IMG/VR virus record: IMGVR_UViG_3300033489_000019
Span: 1 to 44,042 of that record
Direction: 5' to 3' (one strand)
DNA length: 44,042 nucleotides
Origin: a virus
Taxonomy: Duplodnaviria; Caudoviricetes
Within the stretch, counting starts at the first letter, position 1. Each line of letters starts with the position of its first letter. Below the pieces are notes generated by a model, which was not told where the DNA came from, ran no database searches, and saw only the letters and a list, made by a program, of their open reading frames with translations. Of this stretch, positions 1 to 9,157 are shown piece by piece. A program made the translations under genes and the position numbers.

Positions 1-249
1 GCCCCCGGAAATCTCGCCCCCGGAAATCCTTGCACCCCCGGAAATCCTTGCGCCCCCGGAAATCTCGCCCCCGGAAATCCAGCAGCTAAAATCTAAATTG
101 GATTCGCTTTCAATATATCCGCCTTCATCCCCTTTTTTCACTTTCGCATCATCCCATTCAAAATCAATTTCGGCTTTGATTTTGAATAGTTTTTTCCCGC
201 TATTATTAATTTTGTTTTCGCATAAAACTACAGAATATTTTTTTTCCAT
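1..249 (-). CDS. 5' part of an origin-spanning ISGG(E/W/AR)-repeat protein (join 249..1 + 44042..43755, 178 aa as assembled)
   Basis: ATG at 249 with AGGAGG RBS. MEKKYSVV...KLFKIKAEIDF...KKGDEGGYIESESNL...WISGGEISGG; 83 codons to position 1, continuing in frame at 44042. Confidence 0.8.
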   Translation of the reverse strand, partial: MEKKYSVVLCENKINNSGKKLFKIKAEIDFEWDDAKVKKGDEGGYIESESNLDFSCWISGGEISGGARISGGARISGGEISGG

Positions 250-393
250 TATAAAATTTCCTCCTTTTTTTCTATTTTAATTTTTGCCCCCAAAAATTTT
301 CTTATAACTTTTTTATCCTGATAATCATAATGATATTTTCCGCCCTTCCGTACAATATTTATTTTTTTGCCGATTAATTCTTGTTGTACCCTA

Positions 394-822
394 TTAATCT
401 ATTTCCGCTAAATCATATTCTTTTAAACTTCGCACAATTTTCATTGCCATTTCGCCTTTAATAAGTTCAAAAATTTTGTATTCTTTTGAACCCAAAATTG
501 TTCCCTCCCCGCATTGATACAACCAACAAGACAAACTTTTTAACGCTATAAATCGGGTAACATTGAGATCAAAATTATATTTATAGTTTTTAATATATTC
601 CAAATTCCCTTTTAAATCTTTATACCTTTCATTTACCGCCCGGCAGTTCATTTTCATCATTTCTAAACCTAATGTTTCCATTGCTATTTTTTCATAACCC
701 GGAATTTCTTTTAATCCGAAAATATTTAGCAATTCCCTTTTTGTGCTTTCCATATTTTGGGATAAAGATAAATAAGATAAAAAATTATTTATTGTTTTAT
801 TTTCTACTACGTAAGCACTCAT
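394..822 (-). CDS. Hypothetical phage early protein
   Basis: 142 aa ORF, AAGGGG RBS, MSAYVV start and CWLYQCGE motif seen in phage hypothetical proteins. Confidence 0.75.
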   Translation of the reverse strand: MSAYVVENKTINNFLSYLSLSQNMESTKRELLNIFGLKEIPGYEKIAMETLGLEMMKMNCRAVNERYKDLKGNLEYIKNYKYNFDLNVTRFIALKSLSCWLYQCGEGTILGSKEYKIFELIKGEMAMKIVRSLKEYDLAEID

Positions 823-863
823 AATTTCCCCTTTCCTTTAATAATTTTGTAAAAGTTTGCACT

Positions 864-1058
864 CTACCTGTACTCATATCGTATTTGTCCATTATATCCC
901 GCTCCGATAGTTGATTCTGATAATACCATTTCTACGGCTTTGCTTTTTTCTATGCCTTTATCAATGTAAAAATCAATTTCTTTTCGCATTTCTTTTGATC
1001 TTTCATCTGCCCATTCTTTTATGCCTTTTCCGTTTTTTGGATTATAAAATTCTTTCAT
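864..1058 (-). CDS. Hypothetical protein
   Basis: 64 aa, GGAGGGG RBS, co-oriented in operon. Confidence 0.7.
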   Translation of the reverse strand: MKEFYNPKNGKGIKEWADERSKEMRKEIDFYIDKGIEKSKAVEMVLSESTIGAGYNGQIRYEYR

Positions 1059-1073
1059 TTTTTCCCCTCCTAT

Positions 1074-1364
1074 TTAAATTGTTTGTGCCAAATTTATTGT
1101 TTTTATAAATTCAATTAAAGCCGAAAAAGTTTTAAAACTGCTATTATTTTTACACCATCCGGAAACAGCTTTTCCATTTTCAACCTTAATTGATACTAAA
1201 GAATTTATACATTTTTGGAATTTTAAAGGAAATTTAAAGCCCGTTTCATCACGAAAAGTTAAAACATCCTTGCCGTTAACCTGAAAAGTTTTTTCTTCTT
1301 TTAATCCGGTTATGATCCTTGAAAAATTATCTGTAATTTCTTTTAAAGCTTTTTCTTTTTCCAT
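1074..1364 (-). CDS. Hypothetical protein (start re-called to MEKEKAL)
   Basis: The upstream extension overlaps the next gene; ATG at ~1364 fits better. Confidence 0.55.
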   Translation of the reverse strand: MEKEKALKEITDNFSRIITGLKEEKTFQVNGKDVLTFRDETGFKFPLKFQKCINSLVSIKVENGKAVSGWCKNNSSFKTFSALIEFIKTINLAQTI

Positions 1365-1548
1365 TGCTATTTTTTCCGAACGATCCAATAGGGATGTAAT
1401 TTGTACCCTCGCATGTACCATTGGGGCAGCGAAATGCTATTTCCCCATCGGTTCTATCCCCCTCACAACTCCAATCGACTGCATAACCGCAATCGCACAG
1501 GAGAGTTTCCATGTTCCCGGCTGCATTCGCTATTTTTATTGCTTTCAT
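1327..1548 (-). CDS. Small Cys-rich (possible zinc-ribbon) protein
   Basis: AAGGGG RBS before MKAIKI; CDCG...CPNGTC. Confidence 0.6.
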   Translation of the reverse strand: MKAIKIANAAGNMETLLCDCGYAVDWSCEGDRTDGEIAFRCPNGTCEGTNYIPIGSFGKNSNGKRKSFKRNYR

Positions 1549-1614
1549 TTTAAGCCCCTTTTTTATCAATATCAATTATTAATTAATTGTTGTACCCTAT
1601 ATAGAGCATAAAAA

Positions 1615-1782
1615 CTAATCAAGGTAATGTAACGCTTTTTGTACATCGACTTGCTCATTGGTAACTAACACATTATCACGTCTGCTCCGATATTTTATTT
1701 TGTACCCCCTGCAAAACTTTTTTATGGACTCCTGTCCTTTTTCTGTACATCCCTGCATTTGCAAATAATATTTCTTTTCCAT
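1615..1782 (-). CDS. Small hypothetical protein (55 aa, not in ORF track)
   Basis: GGGAGG RBS, MEKKYYLQMQGCTEKG...; first gene after the leftward promoter. Confidence 0.6.
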   Translation of the reverse strand: MEKKYYLQMQGCTEKGQESIKKFCRGYKIKYRSRRDNVLVTNEQVDVQKALHYLD

Positions 1783-1833
1783 TTTTTGATCCTCCCGTTT
1801 TTTATCAATTATTAATTAATTGATTATGGTAAT

Positions 1834-1862
1834 ATTATATACCAATACCAATACCATGTCAA
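1834..1862 (-). promoter_or_regulatory. Consensus sigma70 promoter for the leftward early operon
   Basis: TTGACA-17 bp-TATAAT on the minus strand; the spacer consists of TGGTAT repeats. Confidence 0.8.
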
Positions 1863-1952
1863 GCATTATTTTTGTAACGTGAGCTAACTATCGACAAACA
1901 AAGCAAATATAGTTTTATTATGGTGTGATTATATTGTTGTCAATTGGATTTA

Positions 1953-1982
1953 TTGACAGGATTACAGGATTGTAATTAATAT
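1953..1982 (+). promoter_or_regulatory. Putative divergent sigma70 promoter
   Basis: TTGACA at 1953, ACAGGATT direct repeat, AT-rich -10 region. Confidence 0.45.
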
Positions 1983-2010
1983 ATTTTTATGGTATAATAT
2001 TGTAAATAAA

Positions 2011-2313
2011 ATGATTAAATTAAATTGTAAATATTGTTATAAAGAATTTACGCCTATACGTTCAACTAAAGTATTTTGCTCTGATCTATGCCAAACACGC
2101 CATTATTATAATAAGCCAAAGGTTCCGGCGCATACCTGTTCATATTGTAAAAAAGAATTTATCCCTAAATTAAAAGACCGCGTTAAGTATTGCTCAAGAG
2201 ATTGTTATTTTAAAAACAAAACAGCAATATCAACCATACGGGGGGCATTCCATTCTTTGGTTTGTTTTTGTCAAATAACCGTATGCCTAGCCATCCTCTC
2301 ACTTCCGCAATAA
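2011..2313 (+). CDS. Cys-repeat zinc-finger protein (N-terminal domain of HNH-type proteins; possibly truncated)
   Basis: Two CxxCxKEF...(F/Y)CSxxC repeats. Confidence 0.65.
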   Translation: MIKLNCKYCYKEFTPIRSTKVFCSDLCQTRHYYNKPKVPAHTCSYCKKEFIPKLKDRVKYCSRDCYFKNKTAISTIRGAFHSLVCFCQITVCLAILSLPQ

Positions 2314-2339
2314 AATTTACAGGGGGTGGGTATGAACAC

Positions 2340-2367
2340 TTGACAAACCCAAAAAAGAGCGTAAAAT
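2340..2367 (+). promoter_or_regulatory. Putative sigma70 promoter
   Basis: TTGACA-16-TAAAAT. Confidence 0.5.
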
Positions 2368-2373
2368 AAAACA

Positions 2374-2661
2374 ATGCCAAAAATATTTCAACTCTTACAT
2401 TTACAAAGTGAGAGATTAAATATCATCGTCCGTTGTAACAAATATAAAAAATGTTTGATCCTTAACTGCCCGCATTTTGAAGAACATTTTGCGTGGCGGG
2501 ATTGCATTAAAAAGAATAAATTAAATGTCTGCCAAAGGCATAAAGAAGGCGGAGTTAAAGGCGGAGTTTGTGTAAAGGTGAAAAAGAAAAAATTCTTGAT
2601 GGAAGATATCCCTGCGGAATTCGCAAAAGTTATTGAAGAGGATTTTTGGGAAATTATATAA
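2374..2661 (+). CDS. Cys/His-rich hypothetical protein
   Basis: 95 aa ORF; start uncertain. Confidence 0.55.
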   Translation: MPKIFQLLHLQSERLNIIVRCNKYKKCLILNCPHFEEHFAWRDCIKKNKLNVCQRHKEGGVKGGVCVKVKKKKFLMEDIPAEFAKVIEEDFWEII

Positions 2662-2669
2662 AATTTTTG

Positions 2670-2698
2670 TTGACAATCAAAAATAGTTGATTTATACT
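2670..2698 (+). promoter_or_regulatory. sigma70 promoter upstream of the replication module
   Basis: TTGACA-17-TATACT. Confidence 0.75.
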
Positions 2699-2708
2699 CC
2701 CATTATGA

Positions 2709-2820
2709 TTATAATATCGTGGTATTATAAAATAGTAAAAAATTATATCCGGGCAGATTTTATCGGTAACGGTTTTAGGGCCACGACCCTATTACTGGAG
2801 CCGATTTTTTTTGCCCGGAT
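2709..2820 (+). ncRNA. Structured leader RNA, C4/P4-CI-like
   Basis: Outer stem ATCCGGGCA/TGCCCGGAT, inner hairpin TAGGG-CCACGA-CCCTA, upstream hairpin TTATAATA-TCGTGG-TATTATAA with a complementary loop. Confidence 0.55.
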
Positions 2821-2834
2821 TTTTTTAGGAATCT

Positions 2835-3500
2835 ATGTATAGGGGATTTATAAAGGTATTTAGAAAATTAAGAGAATGGGAATGGTATAAAAATTCTGAG
2901 ATGGTGCATCTATTTACTCATTTATTATTATCTGCTAATCAAGAAGAAAATAATTGGCAAGGTGTAACAGTGAAAAGGGGGCAACTTATAACCGGGTTAG
3001 ATTCCCTTAAAAAAGATACAGGTATTTCAACACAAACGCTACGCACTTGTATTGCTCGGCTAAAATCAACAGGCGAAATAACAAGCGAATCAACAAACAA
3101 GTTTAGGATTATAACTCTATTAAAATATGAAGAATATCAAGAAAAGAATATAAAACTAACAAGCAAACCAACAAGCAAACTAACAAACAATCAACAATCA
3201 ACTAACAATCAACTAACAGCAAACAAGAATGATAAAGAATTAAAAGAACTTAAAGAAAATAGTGATCCATTTATTTTACCTCAATTTATTAATCAAGAAG
3301 TCTGGAATGAGTTTATTAAAATCAGAAAATCCAAAAAAAATCCCAACACTGATTATTCCCTGAAACTGATTATTGAGAAATTAAATAAGCTTCCCGGGGA
3401 TAAAAACGAAATATTAAAGCAAAGTATTGAATCGGGATGGACTGGAGTTTTTCCTTTAAAACAATTTAACAATAACAAGCCAAAGGTGAATTATTTATGA
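2835..3500 (+). CDS. Phage replication initiator (lambda O / replisome-organizer-like)
   Basis: GFIKVFRKLREWEWY...HLLLSAN...KRGQLITG N-terminus, Asn/Thr/Gln-rich linker with iterons, C-terminal WNEF...QSIESGWTGVF. Confidence 0.85.
   Translation: MYRGFIKVFRKLREWEWYKNSEMVHLFTHLLLSANQEENNWQGVTVKRGQLITGLDSLKKDTGISTQTLRTCIARLKSTGEITSESTNKFRIITLLKYEEYQEKNIKLTSKPTSKLTNNQQSTNNQLTANKNDKELKELKENSDPFILPQFINQEVWNEFIKIRKSKKNPNTDYSLKLIIEKLNKLPGDKNEILKQSIESGWTGVFPLKQFNNNKPKVNYL
3155..3228 (+). repeat. Iteron-like direct repeats (probable replication origin)
   Basis: AACAAGCAAAC x2 and CAATCAACTAA x2 inside the initiator gene. Confidence 0.65.
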
Positions 3501-4819
3501 ATAATCTTAAAAACGATCAAGCCGAATCTTATATAATCGGATATTTACTTTCTAATAAAAATACGATCCTGCTTGCTATGGAATATATTACCGAAAAGGA
3601 TTTTAGTAATAATAATTATCAAATGATATTCCGGTGCATTTATGATTTATATCTAGCGAATAAAGAGCCGGAACTTATTACCATATCCGAGATTTTAAAA
3701 CCTTCTATCCCGATGATCTACACCGTGTTAGTTGACGCTATGGAGAGCGATTCGTATGTCACGGAAAAATCGTTTATTGATTGTCTCGAGCAGGTTAAAA
3801 AATGTTCGTTGCTTAGAAATATTAATCATTGGCTATATAAGGGCTATGAGCGGACACAAAGTCTCAACCTTGAGGATATTGACAGCTATATTTTAAATCT
3901 CATAGACGAGTCATTCCAATACACTGAAAAGCTGAAAAAGAAAAAGAACCCGGATCATAAAGAAATATTATCCGAAATAACATCCGATATTGACAAGGAT
4001 TATGTTAAAAATATTGCAGTTACCGGAAGGCTTGGGGAAGTTGTACCCGGATTATTTCCCGGGCATTTAATCCTTTTAGGTGGGTACACGTCAACAGGTA
4101 AAAGCTTTTTTCTTAACCAGATGATTATTGATATTTATCAAAACAATGGCAAGGTTTTATTATTCAGCCTTGAGGATTCCCGCAAAGAAAAGCTAATTAA
4201 AATAATTTCAAACTTATCAAATATACACCAGACCGAAATTATAACCAATGCCGTGGCTAAAAAACCCGATGATATAAAAATTATATCCGAAATTATGGGT
4301 AACATAAGCCCATGGGAATTTTATATTTATGACGATGTTTATAATCTTCAAGAGATCAAAATGAAGATTAAAAAACATAAACTCCAAAATGATATTGATA
4401 TTGTCTGTATAGATTTTATCCAGAATATAAAAGAACCCGGAAGCATTTATGAAAAAATGTCAAAGATTGCTTTAGAATTACAGATGATTGCTAAAGAATT
4501 ACAGGTTACCATTATTGCCTTAAGTCAGGTTTCAAACGAAGGTATGAGTAACCCGGACATAATTGGTCTTAAAGGGGCCGGAGAGATCGCCGCCGCGGCT
4601 GATATAATTCTTTGGCTTAGAAGGTTTAAAGAGCCAAATTTACAAAATGTCCTTGATTGTGAGATTAGAAAAAATAGACCATTTGGAAAAACTGGAACAA
4701 TAGCATATAAATTTAGTCCTAATTGGTCAAGTTTAAACTCAATGTCAAAAGAAGAAAGGGAATACCTTGAAGAACCTGCGAATAAAAAAATACCTGGAAA
4801 AGATTTTTATAACTACTAA
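3497..4819 (+). CDS. dnaB: DnaB-like replicative helicase
   Basis: N-terminal AESYIIGYLL domain, Walker A GYTSTGKS, FSLE, IDFIQ, LSQ, GAGEIAAAAD, KNRPFG. Confidence 0.9.
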   Translation: MNNLKNDQAESYIIGYLLSNKNTILLAMEYITEKDFSNNNYQMIFRCIYDLYLANKEPELITISEILKPSIPMIYTVLVDAMESDSYVTEKSFIDCLEQVKKCSLLRNINHWLYKGYERTQSLNLEDIDSYILNLIDESFQYTEKLKKKKNPDHKEILSEITSDIDKDYVKNIAVTGRLGEVVPGLFPGHLILLGGYTSTGKSFFLNQMIIDIYQNNGKVLLFSLEDSRKEKLIKIISNLSNIHQTEIITNAVAKKPDDIKIISEIMGNISPWEFYIYDDVYNLQEIKMKIKKHKLQNDIDIVCIDFIQNIKEPGSIYEKMSKIALELQMIAKELQVTIIALSQVSNEGMSNPDIIGLKGAGEIAAAADIILWLRRFKEPNLQNVLDCEIRKNRPFGKTGTIAYKFSPNWSSLNSMSKEEREYLEEPANKKIPGKDFYNY

Positions 4820-4919
4820 AAGTTATGAGGCTTGTAAAAAAGTTTTAATGTTTCATTCTCTAACATCAAAAGAATATGAGAACTGGATTAAATATATTTG
4901 TGATAGATTGAAAATCTGA
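4767..4919 (+). CDS. Small hypothetical protein (50 aa)
   Basis: AAAGGG RBS plus TTG; ...YEACKKVL...SKEYENWIKYICDRLKI. Confidence 0.45.
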   Translation: MKNLRIKKYLEKIFITTKSYEACKKVLMFHSLTSKEYENWIKYICDRLKI

Positions 4920-5221
4920 AAAAGGGTGTTCGATAGATTAATATAATCAAATTCTTCCCGCACAAAGTGGGGGGTGGATTTAACGAAGTCGGGTTTAAGC
5001 AAGGGAAGCTATTAAGAAGTTAATAAAATGTTGATTCTATGCGGTTTGTGTAAAAAATAGTTAAGTTATCCACAGGGAAACGTTAAAAAAGGGCTTAAAT
5101 TTGGCTCAAGACACAATATTTGGATTTTAAATGCTGTTCCTAAATGTACTATTAGTGATGATCCTGCTTATACCAGAGGAGTCGATGATTTTAAAGAAAA
5201 CTTATTAAAATAGGAGTTATT

Positions 5222-5602
5222 TTGAATTTAACAAAGAGAGCTTGCGGATCCCCTGGTTGCCGAAACATCACCCGCAATAAATTTTGCGAAGAACACCAGA
5301 TTGATTTCGACAAAAAACATAAACAATTACAGCAAAAATATGACAAAGAAAGAAGTGTTCAGCACGGCAAAGATTATGATTCGGAATGGAGAAAAGTTAG
5401 ATTGATAAAATTAGCTCAAGACCCTTTATGTGAGGATTGCCTTCGATTTGGTATAACCGAACCGGCGGTTATGGTACATCACATAAAATCTATCGAAGAA
5501 CGCCCGGATTTACGGCTTATAATGTCGAATTTGGAATCGCTTTGTAATAATTGCCATGAGGTAAAGCCGTCAACAATTAAAAGAAGATGGGGGAGGGGAT
5601 AA
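5222..5602 (+). CDS. HNH endonuclease (packaging-associated, HK97 gp74-like)
   Basis: PLCEDC...VHHIK...NLESLCNNCHE, upstream of terminase. Confidence 0.9.
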   Translation: MNLTKRACGSPGCRNITRNKFCEEHQIDFDKKHKQLQQKYDKERSVQHGKDYDSEWRKVRLIKLAQDPLCEDCLRFGITEPAVMVHHIKSIEERPDLRLIMSNLESLCNNCHEVKPSTIKRRWGRG

Positions 5603-5603
5603 T

Positions 5604-5813
5604 ATGGAGAAATTTAAAGTTTTTTTAGGTGATAAAGAAATAAAAAGTAAAAAAGTATTTAATATTACAGATAAACCTTATAAGATATTAAATGTTTTTG
5701 TTAGCGGGAAAAAAATTGGTTTAAGTCGGATAGTTACAAGTGATCATCCCGATAAAGGATATAGAAATTATAAAATTCCAAGAAGATATATAAAAGTCTT
5801 AACGGAGGTTTAA
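5604..5813 (+). CDS. Hypothetical protein
   Basis: 69 aa, RBS, tightly packed. Confidence 0.6.
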   Translation: MEKFKVFLGDKEIKSKKVFNITDKPYKILNVFVSGKKIGLSRIVTSDHPDKGYRNYKIPRRYIKVLTEV

Positions 5814-5817
5814 AATA

Positions 5818-6288
5818 ATGCGTAAAAAATCCGCAACTGAAAAGAAATTAGCCGGGAATCCGGGTAAAAGACCAATAGTCGATGAGTTTGAAGTTGGTGA
5901 GGCTATAAAGCCGGATGATTTAACAGAAACCGAAGAATATTTCTGGAATAAATACGCTCCGGTTTTAAAACGATGTGGAAAACTTATGGAAACTAATGTA
6001 GATTCTTTTCTACGTTTAATTCAGAATCAGGCGCGCTTAAAATTGATTGACGATGAATTAAAAACTTTGGAAGACCTTATTCAGGAAAATACTTTTTTAA
6101 CTAAAGGCGGAGCAGAAGTAAATACAATAAAAGAATCGGTATATTCTGAACTATCAAAAGATTATACGGCGAAAGTGGTTAAACTTGAGAAGATGTGGGG
6201 GCTGTCGGGGGATTCGGTATTGTTTAAAATTAAAGCACCAAAAAAAGATAAAAAAGAAAAAATGTCGGAAGATGAATTTTTAAATTAA
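5818..6288 (+). CDS. terS: Terminase small subunit (P27-like)
   Basis: KKLAGNPGKRP N-terminal motif; position. Confidence 0.85.
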   Translation: MRKKSATEKKLAGNPGKRPIVDEFEVGEAIKPDDLTETEEYFWNKYAPVLKRCGKLMETNVDSFLRLIQNQARLKLIDDELKTLEDLIQENTFLTKGGAEVNTIKESVYSELSKDYTAKVVKLEKMWGLSGDSVLFKIKAPKKDKKEKMSEDEFLN

Positions 6289-6289
6289 T

Positions 6290-8152
6290 ATGGCATTAAT
6301 ACCAGAAAAAGAAATTAAAATTATTGAGCGGCAGGCTATGGGTTATATTGACGATGTTTTGTCAGGTAAAATCCTTGCTTGCCGGTTTGTTAAACTTGCC
6401 TGCCAACGGCATTTAAATGATTTAAAATACGCGCATGAAAGAGGGCTTATTTTTAATCGGGAGCGCGCGGCGCATGCAACTCAATATTTTAGTTATCTAA
6501 AACTTTGGAAAGGTAAAGGAAATAAAGGTCAAGAATTTATTTTATCGCCCCATTATTATTTTATTAACTGGACTTTGATGGGATGGTATCGGAAACAAAC
6601 AGGATTCCGAAGATTTACGAAAGCATATATTGAGAAGGGAAGAAAGACCGCAAAAAGCGCATACGCGGGCGGGCTAGGCTCATATTTCTTTGTAGCGGAT
6701 GGCGAACATGGGGCAGAGATTTATTGTTGTGCTGTGGGCAAGGAACAGGCGTATATTGTTTGGGAAAATATCCGTAACCTTACCAAAACATCGGGATTTG
6801 CTAAAAAAATAACTTATCTTACCCATGCCATGATGATAAAAGAAACGAATTCAAAATGTGAATATTTGGCGAGTAAAACAGACAGCATGGATGGACTGGA
6901 TATTCATTTTGCTTCGCTTGATGAGCTTCACGCACATCCGAAACGATTGGTTTATGACGTAATTGTGGACGCGTGCGCGGCAAAAGATCAGCCTTTAATT
7001 TTAATTATTACGACTGCCGGGTTTAACCAGACTAGCGTCTGTTACGAAACAAGGGATTACATAGCAAAAATATTAAAAGATGTTAATATCCCAGATGGAT
7101 TTAAGGACGATTCTTTTTTTGGAATTATTTATACTCTTGATATGCAAAAAGACTGGCCGGAATTAATTTCAAAAAAAGAAAAAGAATTAAAACCTGATTC
7201 GGTTGTTGAGGATGATTGGCAGAATGAAGATGTTTGGATAAAATCTGTACCAACATTAAAGGGAATTAGTGCGACTGGTATAAAATACGGATTGGATAAA
7301 AACAATAATACAATTCCCGGATATATGACGAAACTTGAGGATATTCGGGATGCTTGCCGGATCGCTATTCAAATGCCTTCGGCCCAAAATAACTTTTTAA
7401 CAAAAAGATTAAATATCTGGACGCAACAAGAAAATAGATGGTTAAGTTTGGATTTATGGGATAAAAATAATATCCGTCCGGTGAAAGAAGAAAATCTTTT
7501 AGGTAAATGGGCGGTAGGCGGAATTGATTTATCTTCGGTATCAGATTTAACGATATGGTGTATGTTGTTCCCCGATGAAACTGATAAAAATTTACTTGAT
7601 ATTTTAATCCGGGTATGGTGTCCAAAGGCACGCCTTTATGATACACGGAATAGATACCGCGAACAATATCAATCATGGGAAAAACAAGGATATTTATTAA
7701 CTACTGATGGAGATGCTATTGATTACGGTTTTATCCGTCAGAAAATAGTTGAGGATAATTTAAAATTTAGAATTTCAAGCATTTCAGTTGATAGGCAATT
7801 TCAAGGATATGAGTTTTCTCAAGAGCTTAATAAAGAGTTTGGGGCTACAAAGGATAATGATAAGGTTATTGCTTGCGGTATGGGTTTTCAGTCAATGGCC
7901 GGGCCTTGCAATGAGCTTGAGCGTCGATTATTGACGTTTAAACTTAATCACGGCGGCAATCCGGTATTAAGATTTATGGCAGATAACGTATGCGTTGATA
8001 CAGATCCGAAAGGCAACCATTGCCCAAATAAAAAGACATCACAAGGTAAAATAGATGGTATAATCGGTATATTATTGGGGCTTGATAGATTATTGAGGCG
8101 CGAACAGCCGATTGAATCCGTCTACAAAACAAGGGGGATATTAATGCTATGA
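6290..8152 (+). CDS. terL: Terminase large subunit
   Basis: GRKTAKS Walker A, LDELHAH Walker B, ITTAG, GIDLSSVSDL nuclease, KIDGI. Confidence 0.95.
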   Translation: MALIPEKEIKIIERQAMGYIDDVLSGKILACRFVKLACQRHLNDLKYAHERGLIFNRERAAHATQYFSYLKLWKGKGNKGQEFILSPHYYFINWTLMGWYRKQTGFRRFTKAYIEKGRKTAKSAYAGGLGSYFFVADGEHGAEIYCCAVGKEQAYIVWENIRNLTKTSGFAKKITYLTHAMMIKETNSKCEYLASKTDSMDGLDIHFASLDELHAHPKRLVYDVIVDACAAKDQPLILIITTAGFNQTSVCYETRDYIAKILKDVNIPDGFKDDSFFGIIYTLDMQKDWPELISKKEKELKPDSVVEDDWQNEDVWIKSVPTLKGISATGIKYGLDKNNNTIPGYMTKLEDIRDACRIAIQMPSAQNNFLTKRLNIWTQQENRWLSLDLWDKNNIRPVKEENLLGKWAVGGIDLSSVSDLTIWCMLFPDETDKNLLDILIRVWCPKARLYDTRNRYREQYQSWEKQGYLLTTDGDAIDYGFIRQKIVEDNLKFRISSISVDRQFQGYEFSQELNKEFGATKDNDKVIACGMGFQSMAGPCNELERRLLTFKLNHGGNPVLRFMADNVCVDTDPKGNHCPNKKTSQGKIDGIIGILLGLDRLLRREQPIESVYKTRGILML

Positions 8153-8421
8153 AAAAAGTAAATGCTAGAAAATTTATTAAATGTATTGAATATTTGCAAA
8201 TATTAAATGACACGGATATAAATAAATTAGATTTGTCGGAATTTACAGAACCATTAAAAGTTAAAAGGGATGAGTTTTTATCGGCAGGGCTAACAAATAA
8301 AGATTATCTTGTTAGATGTTGTAAACCTAAAAAAATAGTTTACGAAACCACTATGAAAAACTTTGTTCAAAAAAACAAAAAAACTGATATTGAATATCGT
8401 GGTAGAGGTGGATTTTGCTAA
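8149..8421 (+). CDS. Hypothetical protein
   Basis: ATGA overlap with terL. Confidence 0.6.
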   Translation: MKKVNARKFIKCIEYLQILNDTDINKLDLSEFTEPLKVKRDEFLSAGLTNKDYLVRCCKPKKIVYETTMKNFVQKNKKTDIEYRGRGGFC

Positions 8422-8597
8422 AACTCTTAGACAAAAAAGATTTATACACGCCTCAAGAGGTTGCGGAATATTTTATAGTGGATATAAAAACTATTTACAG
8501 ATGGTGTAAATGTGGTAAACTTAAATATATCCAAAAAGGCAATGGTGGAATTAGAATACCGCGGGAATCGATTATTGAATTTAAAAATAACGGTTGA
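8415..8597 (+). CDS. Excisionase/MerR-like winged-HTH DNA-binding protein
   Basis: YTPQEVAEYF.VDIKTIYRWCK.GKL...GGIRIPRESI. Confidence 0.85.
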   Translation: MLKLLDKKDLYTPQEVAEYFIVDIKTIYRWCKCGKLKYIQKGNGGIRIPRESIIEFKNNG

Positions 8598-8660
8598 AAT
8601 CAGGGAGCCGCCGAAGGGAACCGCCTACTGGCGGCGGGTTCCTGCATTGAAATGTTGGGA
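8585..8660 (-). other. Integron attC site (array 1, site 1)
   Basis: Minus strand: TCCCAAC-ATTTC-AATGCAGG...CCTGATTT-CAACC-GTTATTT; L boxes pair with one extra base. Confidence 0.75.
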
Positions 8661-8687
8661 GTCTTAATTGATTAATTTTATTATTAT

Positions 8688-9020
8688 TCATGCTAAAACA
8701 ATACTTATTATTATAGCAATGACACTCAATATAATTGCAATGATACTTAATTTATTAGCTTTACGACTACTAAATAAAGCATTACGGCTAATTGAAAGTG
8801 TTTCTATTTCACGGTCTTCTTGTCGTAATAAATATTGAGTTTTTTCTTTATTTTTTTTATCTATTTCTTTTAGGATGTTTTCACTATTAGAATTGTTATT
8901 AAAATTGTTATTGAAAATTTTATCATGTTCATATTTTAATGCTCTATCTTTTATTTCTTTTTCAATTTGTTTTATTTTTTCTTTGTTATTATTATCTGGA
9001 TTATCTAAATCTATTATCAT
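8688..9020 (-). CDS. Cassette-encoded protein with a C-terminal transmembrane helix
   Basis: Antisense to the late operon, very AT-rich, bounded by attC sites; ends ANKLSIIAIILSVIAIIISIVLA. Confidence 0.7.
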   Translation of the reverse strand: MIIDLDNPDNNNKEKIKQIEKEIKDRALKYEHDKIFNNNFNNNSNSENILKEIDKKNKEKTQYLLRQEDREIETLSISRNALFSSRKANKLSIIAIILSVIAIIISIVLA

Positions 9021-9032
9021 TTATTATTTCTC

Positions 9033-9109
9033 TCCCAATGGGGGAAATAACCGCATTGCCGTTAGGGAACCGGCTACTGCCGGCAATGTGGTTCATTGAC
9101 TTGTTAGCC
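9033..9109 (-). other. Integron attC site (array 1, site 2)
   Basis: Minus strand: GGCTAAC-AAGTC-AATGAACC...GGTTATTT-CCCCC-ATTGGGA (GTT mutated to ATT). Confidence 0.75.
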
Positions 9110-9157
9110 GTCTTAATATATTTTCTTAATCATCTTAATTTATTATAAGGAGTTATC

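Noticed and set aside
8585-8660. Reading the hairpins here and at 9033-9109 as simple rho-independent terminators
   Set aside because: No U-tract; AAC/GTT cores, spacers, bulged L boxes and reciprocal cassette ends fit attC better, though a secondary terminator role is possible.
8875-9148. Plus-strand hydrophobic ORFs across attC-2
   Set aside because: Low-complexity shadows of the AT-rich minus-strand gene.
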